From positions 1-64,000 of the forward strand of contig CT868108.1 in assembly GCA_000165425.1 (NCBI GenBank): 64,000 bases of DNA, in the 5' to 3' direction. The stretch is from Paramecium tetraurelia. Its lineage: Eukaryota. The position numbers were made by a program, and so were the translations under genes. Below the pieces are notes generated by a model. It searched no databases. It had not been told where the DNA came from and saw only the letters and a list, made by a program, of their open reading frames with translations. Below are positions 39,948 to 55,094 of this stretch, in pieces; within the stretch, counting starts at the first letter, position 1; each line of letters starts with the position of its first letter.

Positions 39948-41599
39948 ATGATGATTCGTTCTCACTTTAGGAAGATGAAGATGAAATCTCAGATTATCAT
40001 TTTAGATGTCATAATATTGTTTATGGTGATTGTGGTGTGTTCTATTGGAATTTATGTTGAAGCCAAATTATTTTACGAAATTAGTTTAGAATCATCATAT
40101 ATCATGATGAATTCTACCGATATTAAGTAAGTTGATAGAATAGGAAGCTAAATTGAATCTTACTTAATCACTAAGCATAAAAGAAGTAACTAATTAATTA
40201 ATGAAGGCATTTAGCTTCTTGATAACATAGCTAATTTCTTATTTCACTTTGCTAATCGTTAGGATCAGTAAATCTACAATGGCATTTTAGACCTTTGCCT
40301 GACAGAAGAAGAGTAAAAAATTGCAATATATATTAAAAATACACCAAAGTTCTGCTATTAAACAAATGGTGTAGAGCTTGAAACAATGATGAAGAATGAC
40401 AACATTACGCTTTTGTATTATGGACTTAAGGAACTTGAGCACTATTCAATAATGTTCAATATATAAATACCCAATATATTACAGGTGGTTGACACAAGTT
40501 CAATAATATTTGATGCATTATATCCAATAGGATTGCTGGCTCCTAGTTACAACCCATAGCAGAGAAGTTGGTATTTGTAATTATAAATGCAGGTATTAAA
40601 ATCATATGGCTTAAATAAACAATACAAAAAATGAGTTCTTTTTTTTTACGAATGTATTTTAGAGTTTGTATGGATCATAAGAGTACAGTTTTTCGATTAC
40701 TCAATCATTGTTTAATAAAAAGAAGGAATTTTTTGCGATTTTAAAAACTGTATTGTTTATAACTGACCCAAATTTACATAACATTTAATTTAATGTTTTA
40801 TTAATAAATTAAGAAGGTTAAGTTATGGAGAATGGAATGGAGAATCGTACTAATAGAACAGGAATCTTATATGTGTATAATGAAACCATAACTGGTTTTA
40901 ATGTTACCGATTGGAAGGAAATTGAATTAAAATCGAATTAAAACGGATTAATCGAAGAGCAGAATTCCATGTTGATTCTCTATAACAAAGTATACAAATC
41001 CTTTGTCAATTTAAAGTGCAAAAAGTTTTAAAAAGAAAATTTTACATTAATTTTGTAAAAATATAAATAATTAAAATAGATTTACTAATTTGACTTCGTA
41101 ATACATTTTAAAACAGTAAATTCTGGATAGGTACAATGAATTTTTACTTTAATATGGGTATGCTGCTGTTGTAATTTGTTGTCTAGCAATTACACTATTC
41201 TGTTTGAGCTTAATTTTTATTAACGTAATCTGTAACCCAATTGTAAAATTAAGATAGAAAATCTCGTAACATGTATTGGAAATCGGGAACAATACAGATA
41301 AAATGATATTCAAGATGACAACAAAAAAAAAGAGAAAATAAGGTCTCGTCTTTAAATTAAATGAAATGTTTATGAATATTTCAGATGTTTTGAAATTAAA
41401 CTAAAATAAGAAGAGTGAGCAATGTAGACTTATTGAAAAGATGTAGTATAATAAAAAATGTAAAAAAGAATAGTGTTAGTTGAATTAACAAATTCAGTCT
41501 CTCAGTGACTCCTAATCAAATTATATTGAATTAAATGAATTTAATAAGGAAATTTTGAAACTTTTAATGAATGGTACTAATAATAATAGTCAATTATGA
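39948..41599 (+). CDS. Two-TM Cache-domain-like sensor protein
   Basis: N-terminal TM, YNPQQRSWY (YDPRxRPWY-like Cache motif), second TM followed by ICNPIVKL (HAMP-like). Confidence 0.7.
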
Positions 41600-41671
41600 T
41601 AATTTTTATAGATAACAATATTTATAATGTATTAAACTTTATTATTTTATTGATTTTTATAAAATACATTA

Positions 41672-42907
41672 TCACTTAATATTAATAATTCTTTAAAGGT
41701 TTGATATTAACATGTTAGATTTGGGTTGTAAATCTCTTAATTGTCTTAATAACTATGATGAAGGGGAATATACATACTTGTGTGTTTTGAGCATTAATGT
41801 CTTGTTTCTAAACAATTATTTTATCACCATCTATTTTAGCATTAATATTTAATGTTCTAATGGCATTAACCAACCATGATTCAGTTTCTTCCTCATTGAG
41901 TTATAAATATGTTGAAAATTGCCTATTAAATTTATTGTTTATGTTACTTAATTTATATGCCATTGAAGATTTTGATGTAAGTTGAAAAGAAATACAGTTT
42001 GCATGCATTAATAATGAGAGCCTTTTTGGATTTGACAATGAAGTCCTACTCAATTTCTGTAGAAATATCTGAAATCATTTTGATTGCATTGTTGAACTAA
42101 AATTTAACAATGATTTCTTCAACATAATTGAGCAAATGAAATGGTTTGATTGATTTGTTGGCGTTGTTGCCAATGATTGCAAGACTTGTGTTTCCAATGA
42201 ATTGTTAATTGATGAGCAAGGCAACTGTGTAATAATACAATAAATAAGGGGCAATTGTGTGAACTACTTCCAAGAATTGTTCGCCTGAGAAGATTTCTAA
42301 GAAGGCATTAGTGTCATCGGATATAAAACAAACCAAAACTCCAGCATGCAAGAGATCTGCTCTTTGTTTGAAATTATATTTTATTTGATCCTCCTATTTA
42401 ATTAAGTCTTTGATTGCTTCAATACATACTGCTGCATTATTGGTGTTCTTGAAGAGTCCAATTAATTTGCAATTCTAATTAGATAAATGCATTTTTTACT
42501 AATCTAGCCCACAAGAATCCATTTCTCAAATGATTTAACTTCTCAGTTGCTTCCACGCATGGGTATAGGTTATCAACAATTTCTGTTGCCTTTTCGTATT
42601 CTCCTGAATCAAATAATATTATTAATGCTTGATAGGCTTCTTCAACGGTCCATAAATTTTCTTGAACGTAATCTACAAGTGCTCTTTATCTGAGTTTAAG
42701 TAATTCTGCAACTGAGGTCAGTTTCCCATTCAAATTGTCTTGTTGGATGATTTAATCAATTTTTTCTGAAGGTACACCTAATTTTCTTAACCTTTCGAAA
42801 AGTCTGGTGCCAAGGAGAGCCTCGGTTTCTTTAGAGGTTTGTAATTGCAAGAACTGCACAGATCCCAAGAAGACATGGGGATTAATGAATCTTAAGAAAT
42901 GGTCCAT
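41672..42907 (-). CDS. EIF3E: Eukaryotic translation initiation factor 3 subunit E (PCI domain)
   Basis: FINPHVF, FDSGEYEKA, LWARL, QRADLLH and FLEVVHTIAPYLLYY correspond to eIF3e motifs; PCI-like C-terminal region. Confidence 0.8.
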
Positions 42908-42915
42908 ATATTAAA

Positions 42916-43101
42916 TCAAATAAAATATTTTGGGACTGAATAAATTCCAAAGTTGTGTTTTGGATTCACTTTTTTTTGAATGTGATTGAAGGGCTTCTCT
43001 TTTTGAATTTAGTAGGTAGGTCCACGCAAATCATGTAATTCGGCCATCGCCTTCTTCTTTTCTTTTGGAGTTAATTTCTGAAATTCTTCGAATTTTACCA
43101 T
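42916..43101 (-). CDS. Small basic 61-aa ORF
   Basis: MVKFEEFQKLTPKEKKKAMAELHDLRGPTYQIQKEKPFNHIQKKVNPKHNFGIYSVPKYFI*; 62 codons with coding-like composition, filling the whole eIF3e-RPB6 interval. Confidence 0.6.
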
Positions 43102-43116
43102 TATATATTTTTATTA

Positions 43117-43644
43117 ATGAGTAATTAGGATAGTGAGCCCGAAATCGATGACTCGGATTTGGAAGAAAATTCAAGGAGTCGATCATCTTATGGCAATCCC
43201 ATAGAAGACCAGGATGAAGAAATGGACACCTCTCAATCTAAAGGTAATGTTACTAATTCATACTCCCAAATAGGTTAGGAATCGGTCACTTCTGACTCAA
43301 GCGATGATGAAGACGAGAATCAAATAATACGAACTGGGGCTATGATCCAATAGAGCAAAGGGAGGAAAGTGTTGAAGAATGAAAGAATTACGCCTCCCTT
43401 TTTAACTAAATATGAGCGTGCCAGAGTTATAGGAACACGAGCTTTGCAAATCAGCAAGAACAGTCCCATTTACGTGGATCCAAGTATTCAAAGACATTGA
43501 CTTATTATAGAGGAAACAACCGACCCCATATAGGTGGCTTAATAAGAATTGAATGAGAACAAAATACCTTTCATAATTAGAAGGTATTTGCCAAATGGAA
43601 ATTTTGAAGACTGGGAACTTTAAGAGTTAGAACGCTTGGACTGA
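43117..43644 (+). CDS. RPB6: RNA polymerase I/II/III subunit RPB6 (RPABC2)
   Basis: Acidic N-terminus; [45 protein letters not shown]; two introns. Confidence 0.96.
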
Positions 43645-43752
43645 CACATATTGTATAAATATATTTTTAGTCAAAGTGCATTATTTTACCATTTCCATAC
43701 ATGTTCACAAATTCTTTTTTAATTTCATATATATAATCTTATCGATAAATTT

Positions 43753-45663
43753 ATGTTAACTTTGGACAACTTCAATCAAACATCGCATAAACAACCCATT
43801 CTGAATAGGTATATATACCTAAAATATTCAAAGTCCGCGATCAATAGAAGCATGTTAAAGATGTGGAGTATTAACTGAAGAATTAATTAAAATAAGTATC
43901 AAGGAATTAAAGCAAAGAAATCCTGATTTAAGATTGAACAAACAAGGATGGAAGATTCTGTGGAGACATCATGAAATAAGGAGATAAGAGACATTGTAAT
44001 TATGTAGAGAAGAAAGAAAACAAATTATAATCTAAAATCAAGATGAACATTAAACTAATTTATAATATGATGATTATGCTATTTAAGTTTAAAATGAATT
44101 AGACTAAGTTGAAATTGAAAAAATTTAAGAAAGAACTAAAAGAGAAATATAGCAAATGCAACACTTTCAAAAATTGTAATAAGAAATTAATGAAAAGAGC
44201 TAACAAAAATAATTAAAGAAACAATAAAAAGAGTATTAGAGGTAATAGGAATTGCAATTACATAAAATGAAGTAGGAACAAGATAAAATAAGAAGAGATT
44301 AAGAAAAAAAACTAAAGGAATAATTAGAAGAATAAAGATAAAAATAAATTGCATTAGAATAATACCAAAAAGAATAAGAAAGAGCCTAATAGGAAATTAA
44401 AAAGCATTAAGAATTGCAAGAGGAACATAGAAGAAAAGAGGAACAACAAAAGTTGAAGCAATAATAATTCAGATAATAATTGCAGAATAAGGATTTATAA
44501 CATGAAATGGAATAATAATATAAGAAGGAGCTATTGCAATTCAAAGAAAAAGAAAGATAAGCAAAGTTACTTTAATAACAATAGGAAAGAGCATAAGCAT
44601 CTAAATTTGCTTAAGAAGAATTAGCTTAAAAGTTGCTTTAAGTTAAAGAATAATAACAATACAAATTGATGAAAATGTAGGAGGAGTTTTAAAATAAACA
44701 AATTTAAAGCGAACATTAAAGATAATTGTTTGAGTAGGCATAGCACTAGAAATTTATGGAAATCTAAAATAAGGTATTACTGTAAAAAGAGAAGATGTTA
44801 AAGTCAGCTGAAAAGTGTAAGTAGAAGTAAGAAATAAAATAAGAAATCAATATTTCAAAACAAAAATAGAAAAATGAGAGAATTAAATTACTTTAAGAGT
44901 AAAAACTTGTTGAGCATTAATAAAAATTAGAATAATAGGAAATTGAAGAAAAGTAGATTAAATAAAAAGTAGAAGAATTGTAAAATACAAATAAAGATTA
45001 AAGAGTTGAATTAAATCAGAAACTCATTTTAAAGGATTTCATGATTAAAGAAAAATAGCTAGAGAAAAAATAATTATTAGAGTAAATAAAACTATAAGGA
45101 AATTAGAAAATGAAAAATAAAAAGTTAGCTCTTGAAAAGTTATATTAAAAACAACTTATGGAAAGACAATTATTAAAAGCTTCTTATAATGAAAAATTGA
45201 AGTGGAATGAAAGTCTAAAAATATCACATTATCAAAATGAGTAGAATTGGAACCTAGATTTAAGACGTAAGAATTTATAATAGTCAAGCTTCAACCGGTT
45301 TATCAAAATCATCTTTTGATATCCCAAGGGTTTAATCAGCTTTAAATAAGAAAATGGAAAAGGAGGAGACAAGAGTGAATGAATTTTTGAAAAATCCTCA
45401 AAAAAGGCAAGAATTTCAAGAGCTTGAAGAAATATAGCATCAAGAGATGATTTAAGTACTGGACCAAGTTAATTAATTAGTTGATTGAATATGAATAAAA
45501 ATTAGAAGAAGAAAGAGAGAGAACAATGTTTTAGATAGAAAACTACCAAGAGTAAATGAGATTAGAGAAGATATTTGAAATTGAGAGAAAATAAGCCTAA
45601 AAGAATATCCGAAATTTATAAATAAAACATGATTATCAAATTGAAGAGCTACTATCTACTTGA
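43753..45663 (+). CDS. Q/E/K-rich coiled-coil protein with SPRSIEAC..CG N-terminal motif (CCDC177/DUF4659-like)
   Basis: LTLDNF..NSPRSIEACQRCGVLTEEL..HHEIRRQETLQLCREER, then a long coiled coil; about three introns; TGA 45661-45663. Confidence 0.75.
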
Positions 45664-45902
45664 ACTATACTTTATAATAATATATAATATACTAAAATAA
45701 TTCAAAAAAACCTATTTTGAGATTTAATGTTTCAAATCTTCAAGATAAAGACTGTTAAGAAAATAAGCTTTTTAGGAATTAATTTCTACAATAGAAAAAT
45801 AATCATCTAATTAGGAATATTTAAAAAAGTAATTATTATTTTAATTAAGAAGAATGATTTTTTTGAACTATAAATGATATTAATTTTGTTAAAATAAAAA
45901 AA

Positions 45903-46952
<1,050 letters not shown>

Positions 46953-47272
46953 TTAATTAATTGAATTCCGTAAAAATTTTCTGCATTTGAATGAATTAAT
47001 GAGATCAATATTAATTAACGATCACGTCATTAAGAATTAATGAAAATTTTTTTAATTATATTTTAATTACATAATTAATTTGATCAATGATGTAATGATT
47101 ATTTTCTTAATTAAATGTATGATTCTATATACAACATAATATTGAATTAATAAAATTAAACCGATTATTGTGCTAAAAGTTTTAATCCTTCTTGCAGCAG
47201 TGTAATCTATCCACAAATACCATAATGCACTCAAATTTAAACATATATATATTAATTATACGAAAAATGAAT

Positions 47273-50200
47273 TCAATTTTGTTGAGTAGGAGTGAGGAAC
47301 GTTTTAGGTCTTGTAGTAAGTGCTTATTTTTTTAAAGGACTTTTGCTAGGTTGTTTTGGCTATGCAATCTCTATTTTTTACTCGATTGCAGGATCTTTAT
47401 TCAACATATTAATTATAAATACCTTCGATGACGGCAATGTCTCTCAATCTAAAAATTCCAACTAAATTCTCATATGAGCACTCTATCAATTACGTCTTCT
47501 TGTCGACCCTTTAGACTATCACCTTGTAGCCAGGCTTCAGCATAAAATTGTCACCTGTTATTGGTTTACAATTATTTATTGCTGTGCCATAAACAAAAGG
47601 GTTGGATTTGATTTCTTTGGACAGGATTTTTTGAGAATTGAAATAATTTGTTTATAAATGAGCTGGCTTATTTCGAGCAGAATTCATTTAAGAGGATATT
47701 TATGAATCTCTTTTCGCCTTAGATTTGCAGTCATCGAATAAATTAAATTACGCAATTTTTTGAGATTTATTGGTTGGTGTCAATGACTTTTGAGTTTGAG
47801 CAGGTGATTTGTTTTATTAATTGTTGATATTACTAGTTTATCTGGACCTTTAATTATTACTCACTGGAATTATCTTATCCACTTAACAAGTAGATAAATG
47901 TCTACTTACTTAGCATGAAACATCTGTTATTGATTCTTTCTCGGATATCTTTGTTAACAATTGAGGAGGTTATTATGAAGATTAATAAATATCAGTAGAT
48001 TCTCTCTTTGAATTCTCAGTTTGGGATTGAGTGGCCAACACTTCTGTCAAGGTATCTTCCTATTTCATCAAAGGAGATGATCTCAACACACTTTCAGAAT
48101 GCATTTTTTAGAATGAATCATTCCCAAAAGAGCACTTAAAATTTTACAATCTTTGAATTCTTAGATGCTATTGTTTTCTCAAAGCGCTCTCTAATAATTA
48201 TTAGTATATGAAATACCATCCAATTAGAAGTTGTAAATATCCTCCTCTTCTATATTTGTTTTGATATCCTTAATTGATTTAAGTTGTTAATCTATTTTTG
48301 GTGTGAAATCATTATTTTCATAATCCTACAACTTCTCTTAAGAGTTCTTTCTCTCAAGATCAAAAATCATGTCTGTTCTCTCTATCTTCTCCTCCAACAT
48401 AAAATTCTTAATTTGATTATTAGTTAAATCATTGTCCATTTCAACCTTTTAAATAACTAATTCCCAATTATCCTATTATTTTGTTTCTTAACTATCCTAC
48501 TATTTTAATTCTTGTTTGTCCTCAATAATTATTTATTGTTGCTGTAGAAATGCACTAGATTTCTTATTCTGTTCATTTATCAAGGTTTTATCTATTTTGA
48601 ATACATTATTTAATTTTCTCATTGCAATGCTTGTATTCCCCAAAATTTTGAAATCGTCTGCCTTTTGTATTGATTACTCAAACAAATGAGAAAATAAAAG
48701 TAAAATACTAAATAATAATACATTTCAATGTACCTCTTTTGTAAAAATAAGTTGACTCTCTCTTTTAATAATTGCATATCAACTACCTAAGAGTTCTAAA
48801 TTTATAATTCATCAGTCTAATTCTTTTCCATAAACTTAAATTGCTTACTTGAAACTGTAAATTTCGACTGTCTATTGGAGCGTCTGCTATTTCTATAAAT
48901 GATCGATTCTTTATTGTTCTTCTGGGTTTTTTCAATTTAGATTCCCCTTATGGATTTATTATTCTTGTTTATACTATTATTATAAATACTTCGATTTTGA
49001 TGTCGTATTTGAATTGTGAATCATAATATTCATATTGATTGGATAAGGGAAAACAAATTTTCCCATAATTATTTGTGAAGTCCTCATAAATAGCAAGCGC
49101 TTTGGCAAACTCCAAATAAATAGTCCACAATTATAAATCTTCATTATCCTTAGCATCAAACAAAAACTTGCGATCCCCCATCTCCTTCAACTTCTTGTAC
49201 CAGTAGGTTGAACATATTTGCAAAGTGAAGTTCTTTTCGTTTTCCAAGGCCAATACTGAATATATGCTCTTCAATGGAATTGAACATAAGGGCAATTCAC
49301 TATTATTTGAGTCCTATCTGCTTGAATACAATTTAAGTTCTTTTCCATCCAGAATTACATATCGAGGCACTGATGAAACTCTATTTTAAGATTTCTTGAT
49401 CAAGATCCCTTCTCTCAAAATAATATTTGTTTGATTTTATGATTTATTAAATTTATTACCAATTTATTTCAAGATAATTGATTTTAGTGCCTTACTTGAC
49501 ATATTCTTAAACTTTTGAGTGTCCTAAGAGCATTTTGGATAAATCAGGTTGATCAAAAAATTAGGTTTTGAATTCGATTTGTTATCATTATCATTATCAA
49601 AGTTGATTTATTGACTAGCATTAGATTCTGCCATCAACCATTGGAATTGTAACTTTTTACATTCCATCAATTCTTCAGTTTCAAAAGGTAATGGCAATTA
49701 TTAGATGGCCTCAGCAACTGCCTTATGCAATTGTCTTCTTTATTTAAATGTAATCCTCTAATAGAGACAATCTCTCATGAAGGGACAAGTAAAACGATAG
49801 AAGATATTTTGTTCTCTCACTTCCATGACTTCAATAACTTCTTTAGCCTCCAACTCATCCAAATACTTCTGCAATTTGTTGTTAACAGCATTCTTAAATG
49901 GATAAATCTTATTTAACAATTGAATATCAAAAATATCTCCTATCACACTCGCTGCTTTCAGTAATAGTTGTTCTAAACATGATAATTTATCAATGATAGG
50001 CCCATTCACTTCAATTCTACAATAGGGTGCATCTACAATAATACTCTCATCATAATTAATTAAATTAACTAATTCATTTGTTATGGTTGCATATTTTGGA
50101 CTCGGTCTAATTAAATCTAGATCAATTAAATTTTAGACAAAGTTCAAAACCATCAATGGATTACCACTAGTTTTCATGTAAATCCATTGCATAAATAGTA

Positions 50201-52816
50201 ATTCCACATCGGTTTTGATGAGCATTTACTTGTTTTCTGAAAATAGAAATTGGTTATTGATTTCCTTAGATTGATTCTCTTATAAAATTACATCGTGGAT
50301 TGAAGAAACAATTCTTTTTCTGATCCCGCTTTCAGATATATTTTAATGATACTCCTATTCAGGCATAAACTTTTAGATATTAAATGAAAATCTAATCATC
50401 TTAGCAAATTCATCGTCCACTCCTCCTTTTCTTTCCACTCCTCTCAATTGCATCAATATAAATGGATTTCCATCCATTCGATCCTCTAAAGCTGTGATAC
50501 CTTCAATGGCAATATCTTCTTGAGACTTCCTTTTCTCTGCAACCTTTGGTTAAATGATCATCTCCTAAAATGAATCTCGATACAATGCTAAAATTGTAAG
50601 TCTATCATATGTCCTTATCATTTGTTTTAAGATTTTAAAAGATATCTAATCATAGTTCTAAATATCATCTAAACATAGAACAACAGGTGCAATGATATTA
50701 GTGTATTTAATAGAATAATTAATTTATCTTTGAACAGATGTCTTCATAACATCCCATCCAATTTGATCAGGAGCTCTTCCTTCATACAATTCAGACAATT
50801 TGCTAGGGATCTATTCAAAGAAATTGCTTAGAAATTGGAATATTATTCTTTTAACATCAATTTCTTTATCCTCTTCTTGTTATCTTTGAGGGAACTTCTC
50901 CAAATGTCTATTGTCATTCAAACCTACAATCTCTTGTAGCATTTAAACCAAAGTTTATGGGTGAATGTTTACATCCACCATCATATTGAATAGTTCCATG
51001 TTTGGTGGTCTCTCTACTCTTTTAGCATATAAAAGGAAGATCTACTTTAAAATACTTCTTAATCCATTCAATTTGAATGTTCTCGTTATAGGATCCAATT
51101 GTTAAACAAGTATATGAGGATACTCACCATATTTCCATGGACTATATTAATTAGAATTGATCTTCTCCTATATTCTGTGTAACACCTTCTTTGCCAAACT
51201 ACTCTTTCCACATCCATAGGTTCCTTTAAGAATAATCAAGCTTTTCTTATCAACTCCTTTAATTACCTTATCGATTTGATTTAACAGTTTTTTATGTTGT
51301 TCTTCTCTTCCAAATAATTGAATGGCTATAAAGTCTGATTTCTTTGCAAAACCATATGCATAATTATGAGTTTTAAAATTCGGCAATAGATTCCCTGGAG
51401 TTGGTTCCAGAGGCTTATCCAAAGGAACATAAATATGGACTGGTGCATTTTTGCCTTTCACTTAGGTTTGTCTCAGAAAGGCTGTACTAATACAATGACC
51501 AGCACTTTTAGCAGTTTCCAAACATATAAGAATTTTGTGGGTTGTCTCTGAACACGCTGCTTACATCAATCTAGCTGCAAGATTTACAGAATCACCAAGA
51601 ACAGAGTATTCTCTCCGTGAACCACTTGTACCAACTACTCCAGCAAATACAGTTCCTGTAACTATTCCAATAGAGCATCCACAATTAATTTTAGGGAGTT
51701 CCTTATTCATTAATTAAGCTGTTAAAATAGCTCTTACAGGATCATTCTAATGGCTAAGAGGAGGAAGACCAAAAACAACAATTAAAGTTGAACCCTTATC
51801 ATCCATCAGAAGCTTATTCAGTGATCCTTCATGCATATAAATACATTTTTATACAGTTTTAATGACTCTTTAAATTTATTCCAATCCCTAAGCATTTTTC
51901 GCAGAGTTCAAATCCATTTTTAAGTTTACAAACATAATAGACAATCTCCTCAATTCAGCACTCCAAGCTTCCTCATTTATATCAATGTAAGGCAGAAGAG
52001 CAGCAGGAATATACGATTGAATCTCATTTCTAATCATCTGAAACTATGATAAGGTAATGTTATTTTTGATTAAAAGGGCATCTGCCTTCATTTTCACTTT
52101 GGCTTATTATAATTTAATGACTTCATAGTGTCCATCATGATCCACTACTTTCTAGCATTCGAAAAAGTTGTTTATCATATCATAAATCTATTAAGAGATG
52201 ATAATCTTTCCTCCCTCGGTTAAACAATGCTCGGAATGAAAAGCCTGGATCAAAGGGTCTCCAGTTGCCAAATACTCCATTCTATTGAAAACTCCTCCAA
52301 CGTGAATTATGTTCATTTCTCCCACTCCAAATCCAATCTTTACACTTAATTAAATGCCCTATTCTATCTAGGCTTTGGTTAATTTTTCTTGGATTAATAA
52401 CGCTGACTAGATGGCCTATTTGAGCAAAGTTTCTAGATTTTACTGAAAGTTTTGATCATTAGGAGGGGGAGGCCAGATAACAATCATAGCATCTTAGGAA
52501 TATTTAAAACTAATATACCTCCAGCGAATTTGAAAATATCACCACCACTTCTTCCTATGCCCTAAACCAATAACTCCATATAGCGATTAATTGCAAATGC
52601 TATTCGTTCTGCCCCTTCTGTTCCCAATTAACTTAATAATTCTGTTAATCTTGTAAATCCGGATATATCTGCAAACATCACGACACTCTTTAGTCTTTAT
52701 TTCTCTGGTAATTTTCGGATTAATTTATTCATTTTAAGATTCAACAGATGCTATACAACCAAAGCAGGCACATAGCCCAAAATGGACATTGATTAACTCT
52801 AAAATTACTAAGACAT
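47273..52816 (-). CDS. Soluble adenylyl cyclase (ADCY10-like) with STAND P-loop, PH and SH3-like domains
   Basis: VMFADISGFT, GGDIFKFAGDA, LNKLLMDDKGS, REYSVLGDSVNLAARLM, LFGREEQ, GTYGCGKS, LCLDD, TSGNPL, YRFTCPFMRDCLY, then PH and SH3-like segments; several short introns. Confidence 0.9.
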
Positions 52817-53132
52817 ATTTAATGTAAATAATTATTTATATTATTTAAAGTAATAATAATGAAGTTCTTAAGTTCTATGCTAATCAGCATAAATGATCAT
52901 CATTTCATTTCTACTGGATTTTTGATGTTTTATAAGGGATGAACAAGAATTTGCGAGTACAATTTCCAGTTTAATTAGAGATTGATTTACTCGGTGTAAC
53001 AATTGTTTAATTGCATAAAAATAATTATATTCTTATCAATAAGAAAATTTAATAAATATCCTATAGCAATCTAATACTCATGTAATTTGAATTTTAATTA
53101 CAATAAAACTTAGATAATTGCATCTATAGTTT

Positions 53133-53648
53133 ATGCTCAGGAATAAAGATGAAGAAATAAAAAGAGAAAATGTAATACCATTTAAATTAGTTCATCATGA
53201 ATTCTCATAACTTAAAGATAAGCAAAATCAAAGGAACCAATTGTTAAACAATAATAAAAAGAACAAATGCAAATAAATATATAAGGGAAGAGGTTAAGTG
53301 CAAAGACAGGATTTTGGGTCTAGCTAACCCCTAATTCAAGTATTTCAATACTCAATTCTATATAGTAATTAAGATACAAAATAAAACCGTAATTTGTTCT
53401 CTTCTTTAAGCCTAATCATGAGGAAATGTAAATTTATTTGGAGTAATAAATAGATGAATAAGTAAATATAAAAATTAAAATAATAGTTCTCAATTTAGGG
53501 GGACAATTTCAAAGTATCATACTTCAAATAAAGTCTAGTAATTGATTTCATTAAAAGGAGAGTGATTTAAACACAAGAATATAAATTTAGTTTTGAGATA
53601 GAATTAGGAAGGATAATAGCTGAGATTACTGTATATGAAATTGACTGA
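53133..53648 (+). CDS. Possible hypothetical protein or decayed gene
   Basis: 172-codon ATG-TGA frame (MLRNKDEEIKRENVIPF...) with no recognisable motif. Long open frames arise easily with a single stop codon. Confidence 0.25.
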
Positions 53649-54068
53649 ATAAATCAAAAAGGCAAGAAGTTCAAGCAATTTCAATACCTCATATCAAAAA
53701 AGTAGTTAAAATAAGAAATCATTTTTTGATGAGTATTTTGAAAAAAATAGAATTTATTTTTAATTGTGAAAAAATGACAAACTTTAAGAATTTATTTGAG
53801 CTCTATTCGTTTAAAATTCAAATATTTTCCTAAATAAATTATAAAGGAAATGAAACTCATAATTAATGATAATGGATTCTAAGCTTGGTGGTTTATTCAA
53901 TCTATTAATTATTGATATCAATTTTTTTGATCTTATTTATGAATGTATAATATCAACCAAAACATTAAAATCTGAAATTGTTTATATTAATTATATAAAT
54001 ATCATTAAATTGTTTAACATTCAGGTTTATTTTAGGTAATTTAGAATTCTTAATTATTATATTATAAA

Positions 54069-54998
54069 ATGAAAAACAAATAGCATAAAAAGAAAATTAT
54101 TAAGTTTGTTGAAATTTTCAAAGAAATCTTAGAAGTAATACTCAAGAATATTGTAGTAATCTGGGTATGGTTAAATTATTACATGGGATGGTGATGGTAA
54201 AAAAATTAAGATCTTTGATAAATCTAAGTTATAATTAGAAGTTCTACCAAAACATTTCAAGCATGGCAATTATTCTAGTTTTCTGAGGTACTTATAATTT
54301 TGAAATCTAAGATAATTAAATCTTTATGGTTTTATTAGTTGTAAGGATTAGGATGGTGTTTTAACATATGAAAATCCCTATTTTACTAAAAAAGAAATTA
54401 AGATGAGGAAGATACAAAAAAAACAATAGTTTTCAATTGAGAAACAATCTTCGGATGATATCTTCATGACTGAGTATGAAGATTTAAGGAAAACTATTAT
54501 AGATTTGAAAGAGGAATAGATGAAAATTTAATAAAAGCTAATTTAGTCAGTTTAACACTAGTAGTAATGTCATTTGCATTGTAAATCAATAATAGATGTA
54601 AGTGTTTTTGAGAGTATTAAATAGTAATTACTAACCATAAAGGAAATCCAAACAAGAAGGGGCACATTCTTTATTGAGAGTGTAAAGATGATAGTGAGGG
54701 CTATGAAACCTGAGACTTGTATTTAACGAATGTTATTTAAGCTGCTTCATTTGAGTACTTGATAAAATGTGTGTTTCCGAAGGAGTATGATGTTGTGGAT
54801 ATTCAATCGAAGGAGGAGGGAGTAATTGAGTAGTAATAGTATCTTAATTCTCCAGCTCCATTCGGGAAGGGAGTGATTGATAAGATAGGGGAGTATCTAA
54901 ATCATAAAAATGAGGATTTCAATCCTGAAGCTTTGGAACCAGTTTGGTTTTGCGGTTATTCTGAGCAGGATTTTAACTTTTTTGGTTTTGAATTGTGA
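54069..54998 (+). CDS. HSF-type DNA-binding domain protein
   Basis: IITWDGDGK..VLPKHFKHGNYSSFLRQLNLYGF..YENPYF, then coiled coil; several introns. Confidence 0.92.
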
Positions 54999-55094
54999 TT
55001 TTGTTGTTGGTATATAAGTACTGATAAAATGGTTAAAATGTTACGAAAAACAATAGTATTGTATATCATAAGAAAATTATATAATTATTATTGA

